32,000 nucleotides of DNA from Saccharolobus solfataricus (GTDB taxonomy: Archaea; Thermoproteota; Thermoprotei_A; Sulfolobales; Sulfolobaceae). Made by a program: the position numbers and the translations under genes. Location of the stretch: the NCBI RefSeq assembly GCF_900079115.1, contig NZ_LT549890.1, positions 2,520,001 to 2,552,000 on the forward strand. The letters are read 5' to 3'. Below the pieces are notes generated by a model. That model worked only from the letters and a program-made list of their open reading frames with translations. It searched no databases and was not told where the DNA came from. Within the stretch, counting starts at the first letter, position 1. Each line of letters opens with the position of its first letter. Shown piece by piece: positions 10,814-21,583 of this stretch.

Positions 10814-11671
10814 ATGGAGCCGAATTTAATTACCTTAAGTAATTACAAGGCGACTTTAGGAGAGGGCCCCGTTTACGATAAGGAGTTGAATAAACTTTTT
10901 TGGGTTGATATTGAGGGAAAGAGGATAATAGTTAACGATCTGAATACTGGTACTGAAGTATTCTATGAGATGCCTGATCTCATATCATCCTTATGTGTTA
11001 TTGATGATAAGAGAGTGATTGCTACCATTAGACATGGATTTTATATAGTAAATTTAGACAGAGGAGAAATTCAGAAGATTGCTGAAGTGGAAACTGATAT
11101 GGAATCTAATAGATTTAACGATGGGAAGTGTGATAAACTTGGGCGATATTGGGCGGGAACTATGAATATGAATGAAAGAAAACCAACTGGAAGTTTCTAT
11201 AAACTTGATACTGGTAAGATAACTAAGATTTTAGAAGGTCTCACAGTATCAAATGGCTTAGGTTGGGATCCAGATAATACTCAAATGTTCCTCATTGATA
11301 GTCCAGTTAGAAAGGTCTTCGTATTTGATTTCGATCTGAATAAAGGGGAGATCTATAATAGAAGAGTTGCAGTAGATTTCGGAAATGAGCCGGGAAATCC
11401 TGACGGGATGGCAGTTGATGAGGAAGGATATATTTGGGTAGCTCATTGGGGTGGAGGAAAGGTTAGTAGATGGAATCCTAAAACCGGGAAGAAATTGTTT
11501 GAAATAAAAGTGCCCGCAACCTATGTAACCTCAGTAACTTTCGGTACTCAAGAACTAGACCAATTATTCATTACCACTGCTGGAAAAAGCCAAGACCCAT
11601 TAGCTGGAAAAACGTTTACAACTAAAGCTAATGTAAGAGGATTGCAAAATTTTAGGTTTAAAATCTCGTAA
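10814..11671 (+). CDS. SMP-30/gluconolactonase/LRE-family beta-propeller hydrolase
   Basis: 285 aa. LGEGPVYD...LFWVDI..., [32 protein letters not shown] and LFITTA are the conserved blade motifs and metal ligands of this family. Confidence 0.85.
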   Translation: MEPNLITLSNYKATLGEGPVYDKELNKLFWVDIEGKRIIVNDLNTGTEVFYEMPDLISSLCVIDDKRVIATIRHGFYIVNLDRGEIQKIAEVETDMESNRFNDGKCDKLGRYWAGTMNMNERKPTGSFYKLDTGKITKILEGLTVSNGLGWDPDNTQMFLIDSPVRKVFVFDFDLNKGEIYNRRVAVDFGNEPGNPDGMAVDEEGYIWVAHWGGGKVSRWNPKTGKKLFEIKVPATYVTSVTFGTQELDQLFITTAGKSQDPLAGKTFTTKANVRGLQNFRFKIS

Positions 11672-11686
11672 GTTTTATATCCTTAA

Positions 11687-12412
<726 letters not shown>

Positions 12413-12420
12413 ATTCGAAA

Positions 12421-12426
12421 TTTTTT
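12421..12426 (+). terminator. T6 run immediately downstream of the MTAP gene
   Basis: TTTTTT lies 9 nt after the stop codon. Oligo-T tracts are the archaeal intrinsic termination signal. Confidence 0.3.
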
Positions 12427-12662
12427 AATGTATGTAAAAATTGGCTTCCTAGCAAATATTACTGAAGAGTAAATACTTGAAACGCTATTAAAAACTCTAT
12501 TCGTATCTTGCAGATATAGAATTGCAATCTTACTACTTTCTATTATTCATTATAACTAGAAGTATAATTTACAGACCAAGTACAGAGATTTCATGTTGTA
12601 ATTTACATCAATTATGAAATAACTTTAAAGATATGTTTCCAGAAGGGAAGTAAAAAAACAAA

Positions 12663-13064
12663 TTAAATTTGTGGACCCGGTAATATGGCTAAATCGCCTG
12701 GACCTAATAGCAGTAATATTATTGCGCCAGCTAGGAATAGTATATCTAGATCCATTCCTGGATTCATTCCAGTGGCTAGTGGCTTTTTCATTCTATGACT
12801 TACCACTATAGTACCCAAGAAGAACAGGATCAATACCGCTGAAACTATTAGTGATATAGCCCCTATCATTACTAAAAGTCCACCTAAGATTTCAACTAAC
12901 ATGGAGAGATCTACAAATATTGGCGGTACTCCTAACTGTCTCATATAACCTTTAAATTGGGAATTGAGATTTTTATTTGCCTTAGCCGTACCATGTGGTA
13001 TTAGGGCGATTCCATATAGTATTCTGAATATTAGTAGACCTATTGAGGCTATGGTCAGATCCAT
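12663..13064 (-). CDS. DoxX-family small membrane protein
   Basis: 133 aa with four TM helices. N-terminal RILYGIALIPHG and EILGGLLVMIG are typical of DoxX/DoxD-like proteins. Confidence 0.6.
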   Translation of the reverse strand: MDLTIASIGLLIFRILYGIALIPHGTAKANKNLNSQFKGYMRQLGVPPIFVDLSMLVEILGGLLVMIGAISLIVSAVLILFFLGTIVVSHRMKKPLATGMNPGMDLDILFLAGAIILLLLGPGDLAILPGPQI

Positions 13065-13279
13065 ATTTGGTTCCTCCGAGGAAACTACTTTACTTAGCTA
13101 AGTTCATATAATTAACTTAACTTGCATTAAGCTAGTTACCATATGTAAAGTTAGAATTATATAAGGGTTATATACTTTTTTAAATATATTTTTATTTTTA
13201 TTACCTTTTATCCAGCAACTACTTATGGAAAGCATTTGGTTACTTAACCTTTTAAATTTCCCAAGTATTTTATCACTTA

Positions 13280-14305
13280 ATGCATTTAGGAAAGATAAAT
13301 GAGGATGTATTTAACAAGGTAATCTATCCTCACCTTGGAGAGAGACGAAAGGAAGTAGTTGTCGGTCCTCAGCATGGAGTTGATACTGGAGCAATAGATC
13401 TTCAAGATGGTAGAGTCTTGGTAGTAAAGACTGATCCAGTATTCATCGTTCCTCAATTTGGGTTTAAAAAAGCTGCGTGGTTCGCAGTTCACATTTTAGC
13501 TAGCGATGTTATGACCTCTGGAATTCCACCCGAGTATGCTGTAATAGATCTAAATTTACCGCCCAGAATCAAAGATGAGGAATTTGAAGAGATGTGGATT
13601 GGGATTCACGAGGCGTTAAAGGAGATTGGAGTAATGGTAGTTGGAGGTCATACAGGTGTCTATGAGGGTACTGACTATCCAATGGTAGGAGGATTCACGA
13701 TGTTCGGTATAGGAGAGAAGGAAAGGTTAGGAATGCCATCTAAGGTTAAGGTTGGAGATAGTGTGATAATGACTAAGGGTCCAGCGATAGAAGCTACCGG
13801 CCTTTTAACTAACCTTTACCCTGAGTATTTTAAGCAAAGATTGAGTAATGAGATTTTTAACGAAGCCTATAACATGTATTGGAAAATGAGTTGTTGGAAA
13901 GATGGTTTAATAGCGTCCAGAATTGGCATTCACATGATGCATGATGCTACTGAAGGTGGGGTATTTGGAGCATTAACAGAGGTAGCGAGAGCGAGTAGTA
14001 AAGGAATGCGGATATATGAGGAAAGGTTTTTCATCAATAGGGCTGTTAGGGAGGTGACTAAGTTAGTTAATATAGATCCATGGATATCCATAAGTGAAGG
14101 TACTATGATCATAGTTACTGATAAGGGAGAAGAAGTGAGGAACACGTTGATAAGGGAAGGAATTGAAGCTGAAATAATTGGGGAAATAGTAGACCAAAGC
14201 GGAGAGGTAACTATGGTAAAGAAAGACGGAAGTAGAGTTAAGATTGAACATCCTTTAGAGGATCCTTTCTGGAGAGCGTTTTTCGATTTAGCTAGCAAAA
14301 CTTAG
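13280..14305 (+). CDS. AIR-synthase-related (PurM/HypE/ThiL-superfamily) protein
   Basis: 341 aa. N-domain GVDTGAIDL...[14 protein letters not shown] and VVGGHTG. C-domain [12 protein letters not shown]. Layout matches the PurM-like ATP-binding superfamily. Its specific function is unknown. Confidence 0.75.
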   Translation: MHLGKINEDVFNKVIYPHLGERRKEVVVGPQHGVDTGAIDLQDGRVLVVKTDPVFIVPQFGFKKAAWFAVHILASDVMTSGIPPEYAVIDLNLPPRIKDEEFEEMWIGIHEALKEIGVMVVGGHTGVYEGTDYPMVGGFTMFGIGEKERLGMPSKVKVGDSVIMTKGPAIEATGLLTNLYPEYFKQRLSNEIFNEAYNMYWKMSCWKDGLIASRIGIHMMHDATEGGVFGALTEVARASSKGMRIYEERFFINRAVREVTKLVNIDPWISISEGTMIIVTDKGEEVRNTLIREGIEAEIIGEIVDQSGEVTMVKKDGSRVKIEHPLEDPFWRAFFDLASKT

Positions 14306-15200
14306 TAATTACTTTCTCGATAACTTCTTTAGTTTTTTCCTTAAATTTTCCCTCTCTGATCTCTTCGCAAACAATTTCTCTGAATTCCTCCATCTCTTCT
14401 AAATATTCTGTTAAAACTTTTATGGCTTCTTTCTCATTAGTTTCAGTTAGGATCTCTACTTCAGTTAGTTTAATGTAAGGATTATCTGGATCAATTTCTA
14501 AAGCTCTCTTTATTGTATTATAAGCCTCGTTTGTCCTTCCCATAAAAAGTAATGTCTCAGCTTTACCTTGATAGTAATATGGATCTTCAGGGTTTGCACT
14601 AATAGCCTTATTGAAATACTCAAGAGCTTGATCATATTTTCCCATTGTGAAATATGTGTAAGCTATTGCGTAGAGGTTTTTGTCATCGTTCAAGTTAGTC
14701 TTATATTCCTCAATCGCCTCATTGTATTTCTTCAATTGAAATAAAATATCACCTCTTAACTTATGAACTTCCGAAGAGTCGTCAATTTCTAAAGCTTTAT
14801 TAACTTTTTCCAAAGCCTTTTCGTAGTCCTCCAGTTCATATAAGATGTTAGCCATATAGTAATAATATTTCTTTTCCTTATTTGGTAAATCCTTATCCAT
14901 CTCCAATGAAAGTTGAAGTTCCTTTAATGCCCTCCTTATTAGTTTTTCATCACTAATATTATATCCTTCCATATATAGCGAATAGCCTAAAAGACAGTGA
15001 TATTTTGCCTCATCCTTCTTAAGCCTTATTGCTTTTCTTAAGTTGTCTATTGCCCTTCTATATTTTCCAATCTTAAAATACACTAACCCCATTAGATAGT
15101 ATAATTCAGGGTCATCTTTCTTTTGCTCTATTTCTTCTTTTATCCTCTTTAAGGCTTCATTATACTTTCCTCTATTTATTAGCTCTAATATTTCACTCAT
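14292..15200 (-). CDS. TPR-repeat protein
   Basis: 302 aa made of ~34-residue repeats with the A-x3-[FY]-x2-A-[IL]-x2-[DN]P pattern (e.g. [19 protein letters not shown]). The 3' end overlaps the convergent 13280-14305 gene by 14 nt. Confidence 0.8.
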   Translation of the reverse strand: MSEILELINRGKYNEALKRIKEEIEQKKDDPELYYLMGLVYFKIGKYRRAIDNLRKAIRLKKDEAKYHCLLGYSLYMEGYNISDEKLIRRALKELQLSLEMDKDLPNKEKKYYYYMANILYELEDYEKALEKVNKALEIDDSSEVHKLRGDILFQLKKYNEAIEEYKTNLNDDKNLYAIAYTYFTMGKYDQALEYFNKAISANPEDPYYYQGKAETLLFMGRTNEAYNTIKRALEIDPDNPYIKLTEVEILTETNEKEAIKVLTEYLEEMEEFREIVCEEIREGKFKEKTKEVIEKVITKFC

Positions 15201-15319
15201 CTCCTCTTCATTAACTTCCCTTATTTAATAACGTTTTCTTTTGTTCACTAGTTTTATGTCTTCAATTTCTATATTAATATTAAGATAACCATTTATTTTT
15301 CAAATTCCACCCTACATGT

Positions 15320-15949
15320 ATGGAAATTAACGTTGATCAGATTAATCTAATGACGAAGAAGGGTTTAAGAGGTGATTTGAAAAACTTTGAGAGTGTATTA
15401 GACTTTCTGGAGAAATACGGAAATGCAACCATAGTAAAATATGGTATGTATTCTTTAGTATTTCAAATTGCAATGAATAAGTTCATAGATATTTCGAAAG
15501 AATGTGAGGAGTGTGGAGGGAAGTGTTGTCAAATTGGTTATCCCGTACCCGTCTATGGATTTGATTATGAGGAGTTAAGAAATAAACTAAGTATGGAGGA
15601 TTTGAAAAAATTGGAAAAAGTAGATAGTAACTTATTTTTGTTAAGAAGACCTTGTAAATTTCAAAAAGGATGGTATTGTAGTATTCATAAATTTAAACCA
15701 TATGCGTGTCTCTCATATCCATTTGCGACGGAAGATGAGCAGAGGGACGCAATTAATTCATACGATGGAAAGGGTATTCCAGATTTTAAAGTACCTGAAT
15801 ATTGTAAAGCAGGGATGCGAGTAAAGCATATTATGAACCAAATTATTACTGATTTAACTAACAAATTGGGCAGACCACCTACTCCGAGAGAGCTATATAA
15901 TGAGTTAAAATCAAGATATTATAAAAATGAGGAAACCACCAGTAAATGA
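15320..15949 (+). CDS. YkgJ-family (UPF0153) cysteine-cluster protein
   Basis: 209 aa. CEECGGKCC ... RRPCKF...GWYCSIHKFKPYACLSYP reproduces the CxxCxxCC / C-x-F / C-x-I-x3-[KR]P-x2-C-x2-[FY]P signature. Confidence 0.65.
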   Translation: MEINVDQINLMTKKGLRGDLKNFESVLDFLEKYGNATIVKYGMYSLVFQIAMNKFIDISKECEECGGKCCQIGYPVPVYGFDYEELRNKLSMEDLKKLEKVDSNLFLLRRPCKFQKGWYCSIHKFKPYACLSYPFATEDEQRDAINSYDGKGIPDFKVPEYCKAGMRVKHIMNQIITDLTNKLGRPPTPRELYNELKSRYYKNEETTSK

Positions 15950-16026
15950 ACTGATGATTAAACCTTCAGTGGGCTGATTTTAACTAGGATATTTTTAAAA
16001 GTAGAAATTCACTATATTTAGTAGAT

Positions 16027-17463
16027 ATGAAAGCCCTTTCAACTCTTGCAATGGCTGTAATAATAATAGTTGTAATAGCTGTAGTGGCTGCTGCAGCATA
16101 TCTGATTACCTCAAGTAGTCATCATCCCTCTATTTCAACGACAACTACACCGATTATAGCTACCAACACAACCGCACCAATTACATTAACAGTAGTCACA
16201 TTTAGTGGGCAGTCTGCAAACTTTATCCAATACGCTGGTAACTTATTCCATCAACTACACCCAAATGTTCAAGTTGAAGTTATCCAATATCCATTTAGCG
16301 AGTACATTCAGAAAGAACTTACGGCACTTGAAGCTCATTCCTCCCAATATGATATTATAGGCTTCACTTCAACTTCTGCTCTAGATGTCGCATCATATTT
16401 GTTGCCTATAAACGAGTCAGTTTTCAATTTCTCCGACATAATATACCCTCAAGAAGATTTTGGAGGATTGTATTATAACGTATCCACTAATAAAACTGAA
16501 GTGATAGGTATCGCATATGAAACTGCAGTTTACTTAATGGCATATAATGCTACAATATTTAATAATCAAACCTTGGCACAAGAATTTGAACAAGAGTATC
16601 ATATGAATTTTTCACCAATTACATATAAGAACTGGAGTGTAGTTTTAGATGTTGATCAATTCCTAACTTCACACCATATCACAAAATACGGTTTCCTAAT
16701 AGACGATCATGTCGCACACGGAATTATTGACGCATTTCCTGCAGTATTTGGCTGGTATTATTTTAGAAATAATTCATTAAATATGGGTAATCCAGCAGGT
16801 TTACCTAACTATAACATAATGTTTGAGGGTAGAATATTACCAGGTTTTAATTATCCTCTACCATCGTTTAATTCTTCCTCTGGCGTGCAAGCTCTAATTA
16901 CCTATAGGGAATTAGTAAGTTATGAGCCCAGTCCTTCACAGATTCAAATATCGTATGATAACCTACCAGCATTCTTCTCTCAAGGAGCTGGCGCATTTCT
17001 ATTCACATCTCAATTAAGTTATATAAATAACTCTAAAGATGTACTACTCGCACCATTACCTGGGGGATATGCGGAAACCGGAACTGACTTTTTAGGAATT
17101 AGTAAGTACTCATCACATCCTCAATTAGCTCTAGAATTCTTGCAATTTTTAGTATCCCCTAAGGTGCAAGAGATTGCATTCCTAAAATATGGTAAATTCC
17201 CGATCTCTAAACAAGCGTTTCTTTCACTAATAAGCAACTCGTCACTTCCTTCTTATAAAAGGGAATGGCTGCAAGAGACTTATTACGCAGCGTTAAATGC
17301 CACAGCAAATCCACCAAATATTCCACAAACATATCCTGCATTAATTCCAAGCTTTAATAATGAGGCATTTCAGTTCTTAACTTCACCTCAATATAATGAG
17401 ACATATGCTATGAACGTATTACAACAAGCTGCAAATGCATGGATTAAGGCACTTTCTTCATAG
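16027..17463 (+). CDS. ABC transporter extracellular solute-binding protein (family 1-like), N-terminally anchored
   Basis: 478 aa. N-terminal TM/signal segment MKALSTLAMAVIIIVVIAVVAAAAYL, then the S/T-rich linker typical of Sulfolobus binding proteins. Many N-x-S/T sequons. It lies directly upstream of the ABC ATPase and permease genes. Confidence 0.7.
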   Translation: MKALSTLAMAVIIIVVIAVVAAAAYLITSSSHHPSISTTTTPIIATNTTAPITLTVVTFSGQSANFIQYAGNLFHQLHPNVQVEVIQYPFSEYIQKELTALEAHSSQYDIIGFTSTSALDVASYLLPINESVFNFSDIIYPQEDFGGLYYNVSTNKTEVIGIAYETAVYLMAYNATIFNNQTLAQEFEQEYHMNFSPITYKNWSVVLDVDQFLTSHHITKYGFLIDDHVAHGIIDAFPAVFGWYYFRNNSLNMGNPAGLPNYNIMFEGRILPGFNYPLPSFNSSSGVQALITYRELVSYEPSPSQIQISYDNLPAFFSQGAGAFLFTSQLSYINNSKDVLLAPLPGGYAETGTDFLGISKYSSHPQLALEFLQFLVSPKVQEIAFLKYGKFPISKQAFLSLISNSSLPSYKREWLQETYYAALNATANPPNIPQTYPALIPSFNNEAFQFLTSPQYNETYAMNVLQQAANAWIKALSS

Positions 17464-17505
17464 TAAAAGCTAATATTTTTTATTTTTATATCTTATTGAT
17501 AGTTC

Positions 17506-18450
17506 GTGATTACGCTAAAGGAAGTTACGAAGTTTTTTGGGAGTTTTAAGGTTATAGACAGCATTAGCCTTAATGTGGAGAAAGGAGAATTTTTCGTAAT
17601 TTTAGGTAAATCCGGTTCTGGCAAAACTACCTTGTTAAGACTAATTGCGGGTTTAGAAAAAGTTAGTAGTGGGAAAATACTTATTAGTAACGAAGACGTC
17701 ACTGATTTACCACCCTCCAAGAGAGATATTGGGATGGTTTTTCAGAGTTATGCGTTATATCCAAATAAAAAAGTCTTTGAGAACTTGATGATTGCATTGG
17801 AAAATTCGGAAATTAACAAGAAGGATAAGGAGGAGAGAATTATAGAAATCTCGAAGCAACTCGAAATATATCATTTAATGGATAAATATCCAGCTCAACT
17901 CTCTGGAGGACAACAACAGAGAGTCGCTATAGCTAAAGCACTAGTGAAGAGACCAAAAGTATTATTGATGGACGAACCCTTATCTAACCTCGACGTACAG
18001 CTAAGGTATTCAGCGAGGAAATTAATCAAGAAAGTTCAAAAGGAGTTTAATATCACAACAATATATGTTACGCATGATTCAAATGAAGCCTTAGCAATTG
18101 CAGATAGAATTGGTGTAATTGATAAAGGTAGACTATTGCAAGTGGGAATACCTGAAGATATCTATAATAATCCATTAAGTAAAGAGGTAGCGTCTTTAGT
18201 TGGTAATCCTCCAATGAGTTTCGTTAAAATTGATGGGAAGATAATTGGCGTTAGACCAGATAACATCATTATAAAGGATAATGGAACGTATGAGGGAATT
18301 GTGAGTAATTGTGAATTTTGGGGTTCATACTATTTAATTTACATAGATTTCATCGATAATGAAGTTAAAGCTATAAGTAAGGAAAGGATTAAGGAGGGTT
18401 CTAAGGTTAAATTCGACTTCATTAGTTATAAGGTGTTTAGTAATGATTAA
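17506..18450 (+). CDS. ABC transporter ATP-binding protein (MalK/UgpC/FbpC-like)
   Basis: Walker A GKSGSGKTT, Q-loop MVFQSYALYP, signature LSGGQQQRVAIAKAL, Walker B LLMDEPLSNLD, H-loop VTHD. GTG start preceded by an A/T-rich TATA-like tract at 17471-17490. Confidence 0.9.
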   Translation: MITLKEVTKFFGSFKVIDSISLNVEKGEFFVILGKSGSGKTTLLRLIAGLEKVSSGKILISNEDVTDLPPSKRDIGMVFQSYALYPNKKVFENLMIALENSEINKKDKEERIIEISKQLEIYHLMDKYPAQLSGGQQQRVAIAKALVKRPKVLLMDEPLSNLDVQLRYSARKLIKKVQKEFNITTIYVTHDSNEALAIADRIGVIDKGRLLQVGIPEDIYNNPLSKEVASLVGNPPMSFVKIDGKIIGVRPDNIIIKDNGTYEGIVSNCEFWGSYYLIYIDFIDNEVKAISKERIKEGSKVKFDFISYKVFSND

Positions 18451-20089
18451 GTATTCTGTCCCTTATTTGGTATATATTGCAGTTTTTGGTATAATACCAT
18501 TAATTCTAACCTTTGTTATCGTAGGCATTAATTTCTCAGGTGCAATAAAGTCTTCCTTTAGTGTTGCTCCTCCACCGGAAATAATATATAATACGTTTTT
18601 CTTCTCGTTATTCACAGCGGTGGTATCAACATTATTAGGATATATTCTAGCCATCACAGTTGATATATACCCTAAAAAATTACTAATTCTTTTAATATTA
18701 CTACCATTTACAATACCATTTACGGCATCAGCATTGATATGGGTTATAAGTTTTTACGGAGGTTATGGATGGTTCACATACTTTTTGGGTATAAATTATG
18801 ATCCATTATACTTTTCCAAAAGTGCATTATTTGCGGTAAGTCTAGTAAGTGCGTGGAGTTCTGTCCCCTTAGCCTTCCTTTTAATTTTGGCATCATTAAA
18901 GAGTATTCCAAAGGAGATCAAAGAGTCTTCTCAGATAGACGGTTTAACATTATCTCAGTATTATTTTAAAGTAGCATTTCCGTACTCATTAAAGGGGATC
19001 CTATTAGCCTTTTTGATAACCTTTGTCCTATCCATGGGTAACTTTGATTTACCTTATGTTATGACTCAAGGAGGTCCTGGGTTCTCTACAACAACATTAC
19101 CTCTAATTGTATATTTTATGATGTTTCAGTACGATAACTTTTCCGGTGGAGCACTTTTCGCGTCTATTTTAGCGTTAATAGCTTCGATACCGGCAATCGG
19201 TGTAGCGTTATTAGTGAAAAGCAAGGGCTTCAGATTTTCTCTTCCAGCAATAAAAATTCCGGATAAAATATTTAAAATAATAGCGTTACTGATTTCTTTA
19301 ATTATTATAATATTCTTAGACTTTCCTGTATATTGGATGGTATTAGTAGCTACCAGACCAAATACCTTAGATTTCTTAAAACCTCCAGTTTTAATTCCCA
19401 AGGAGTTTACTCTTTCATACCTAGTTTCGTCCTTAGAATCATCTGTTCCATACATTATATCTTCCATTATTGTATCATTAATCGTAGGTGTCCTTACAAT
19501 ACTTCTATCTAGTCTAGGAGCTTATGAGGGAGCAAGAAAGTTCTGGTTCTGGTTATTATTGTTATCAATTTACCTCTATGCCTTACCATCGACCTCTTAC
19601 ATTATTCCAGTATATTTAATGACGTCTGATTTACATTTAATAAACACTTGGATAGGACTGGCATTACCTTCGGCAATATTCACCGCCTCATTTGCCTTTT
19701 GGACGATGTTTAACTTTTACATAGATTTTCCAAAAGTGTACGAGGAAGCCGCTGAAATTGACGGCATGAAGAACAAAATACTAAAATTAATATTGCCGCT
19801 CTCAAGACCATTTCTAATTGCGACGTTTGTAATATCATTTACATTTGCATGGCACCTTCTATTCTATCCTTTAGTTCTGAGTGAGACTCCCTATCAAATG
19901 AACTTTCCACCAACTGGGAGTGAGACTGCAACAATTTTCGCTCTAAATGCCATAAGTCAAGGGTCAGTTAATTGGGCCTTATTAGCCTCATCAGCTCTAG
20001 TAGCATCATTACCTGTCGTAATAGTATCATATGTGGCGCAAGATTACATGTTAAGGGGCTTATACTCTGGTGGTGTTAAGGGAGCATGA
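18443..20089 (+). CDS. ABC transporter permease with two tandem BPD_transp_1-type domains (FbpB/ThiP-like architecture)
   Basis: 548 aa, about 12 TM. Two EAA-loop motifs: ESSQIDGLTLSQYYFKVAFP in the first half and EAAEIDGMKNKILKLILP in the second. The start overlaps the ATPase gene end by 8 nt. Confidence 0.85.
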   Translation: MIKYSVPYLVYIAVFGIIPLILTFVIVGINFSGAIKSSFSVAPPPEIIYNTFFFSLFTAVVSTLLGYILAITVDIYPKKLLILLILLPFTIPFTASALIWVISFYGGYGWFTYFLGINYDPLYFSKSALFAVSLVSAWSSVPLAFLLILASLKSIPKEIKESSQIDGLTLSQYYFKVAFPYSLKGILLAFLITFVLSMGNFDLPYVMTQGGPGFSTTTLPLIVYFMMFQYDNFSGGALFASILALIASIPAIGVALLVKSKGFRFSLPAIKIPDKIFKIIALLISLIIIIFLDFPVYWMVLVATRPNTLDFLKPPVLIPKEFTLSYLVSSLESSVPYIISSIIVSLIVGVLTILLSSLGAYEGARKFWFWLLLLSIYLYALPSTSYIIPVYLMTSDLHLINTWIGLALPSAIFTASFAFWTMFNFYIDFPKVYEEAAEIDGMKNKILKLILPLSRPFLIATFVISFTFAWHLLFYPLVLSETPYQMNFPPTGSETATIFALNAISQGSVNWALLASSALVASLPVVIVSYVAQDYMLRGLYSGGVKGA

Positions 20090-20173
20090 TAATTGATCAA
20101 CTCGTTAACAATTACCGGGTTTACCGTTTATTAAGCAAACTTTTTAAGGTCTAATGTACCAGTTTTAGACACG

Positions 20174-21583
20174 ATGAATACTAACTCTATCCTGATTGTA
20201 TTAACTCTAGGATCTCTAATGGCTGCAGTGGATACTACAATAGTATTATTAGCACTTCCTACTATTACATCGAGCTTACATACCGACTTATTGTCGTCAA
20301 TATGGGTGCTTTTAGCTTACATGATAGTTATTTCAGTTTTATCAACACAAGCTGGCAGAATAGGGGATTTATTTGGAAAAGGAAAGATCTATAATTTAGG
20401 ATTTGTAATATTTACAGCAGCGTCAGCCTTATGTGGTATTTCAAGTAATATAGATATGCTGATTGTATTTAGAATTATACAAGCTATTGGTGGGTCAATG
20501 TTGGTGGCTAACAGTTCATCCATAGTGGCTGATGTTTTTCCACCTAATAGAAGAGGTAAGGCTTATGGAATAACTAGTTTAGGTTGGAACATAGGGGCGT
20601 TAGTGGGTATTGTTTTAGGTGGAGTTTTGACTACTTTCTTTGGCTGGCAATACATATTTTACATTAATGTACCGATTGGAATAGTCGCAGTCCTTTTAGG
20701 AGTAATGAACATTAAGGATATCAATAAGGTTAATACGAAACTGGATATGCTTGGAGCAATCCTTTTGGGCATTTCATTAGCATTAATATCGTTATCATTA
20801 ATGTTTATTGCGGCATCTGGAATTTCTACTGATAATATTATAGAGTTAGCTTTAGGTGTAGCGTTAATACCATTTTTCCTATTAAATGAAACTAGGAGTA
20901 AATATCCTATATTAAATTTGAAAATATTTAAAATAAGGCTTTTAACGTATTCAATCTTAGCTAATTTCCTCCAAGGGATTGGAGGGCTTTCCTTGAGTTT
21001 CTTACTTATAATGTATCTTCAAGGCGTTAGAGGACTTAGCCCTTTAGATAGTTCCTTATTATTGACACCAGGTTATGTTATTGCTAGCATTTTAGCTCCA
21101 TTTATGGGAAGAGTAGCGGATAGGGGAAAGCCGGGTATTGTAGCTGGTATAGGTTTGATGTTCATTTTCATTACCATGATTCTGTACTTCTTCTTACTAA
21201 CACCGACTACTGACTATTATTTAATTGTAGGAATTAGTGCAATTACTGGTATAGGCTCTGCGATGTTTTGGCCGTCCAACTCAACTGCTATAATGTTTCA
21301 TGCACCTAAAGAATATTACGGTTCGGTCTCGGGTTTATCCAGAACGTTAGGGAATATAGGTACTATTCTAAGTTACGTTTTAAGTATAGTAGTTGCAACT
21401 TTAAGTATACCCAGAAGTGTTGCCTTTGAGATATTCATAGGAACTACCACGTTGAATGGGGACGTCAGTGTAACGTTTGTTAATGGATTACATTTTGCTT
21501 TTCTCATATCTTCGATTATAATAGTAGTAGCTATGATATTCTCTTTTATGAGTGGGAAAACTCAAGAAAGTGCCATCAAATAG
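20174..21583 (+). CDS. MFS transporter, DHA2 (EmrB/QacA-like) family, paralogue of 9083-10786
   Basis: 469 aa. GRIGDLFGKGKIYNLG, IQAIGGSMLVANSSSIV and MGRVADRGKPG correspond motif for motif to the 567-aa DHA2 protein upstream. Confidence 0.85.
   Translation: MNTNSILIVLTLGSLMAAVDTTIVLLALPTITSSLHTDLLSSIWVLLAYMIVISVLSTQAGRIGDLFGKGKIYNLGFVIFTAASALCGISSNIDMLIVFRIIQAIGGSMLVANSSSIVADVFPPNRRGKAYGITSLGWNIGALVGIVLGGVLTTFFGWQYIFYINVPIGIVAVLLGVMNIKDINKVNTKLDMLGAILLGISLALISLSLMFIAASGISTDNIIELALGVALIPFFLLNETRSKYPILNLKIFKIRLLTYSILANFLQGIGGLSLSFLLIMYLQGVRGLSPLDSSLLLTPGYVIASILAPFMGRVADRGKPGIVAGIGLMFIFITMILYFFLLTPTTDYYLIVGISAITGIGSAMFWPSNSTAIMFHAPKEYYGSVSGLSRTLGNIGTILSYVLSIVVATLSIPRSVAFEIFIGTTTLNGDVSVTFVNGLHFAFLISSIIIVVAMIFSFMSGKTQESAIK

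Noticed and set aside
16027-16060. Class III (type IV pilin-like) signal peptide in the binding protein (MKA|LSTL...), which would imply PibD processing.
   Set aside because: The K-A-L arrangement fits the loose consensus, but a 3-residue leader is extreme, and the motif is too degenerate to call from sequence alone. I kept it only as 'N-terminally anchored'.
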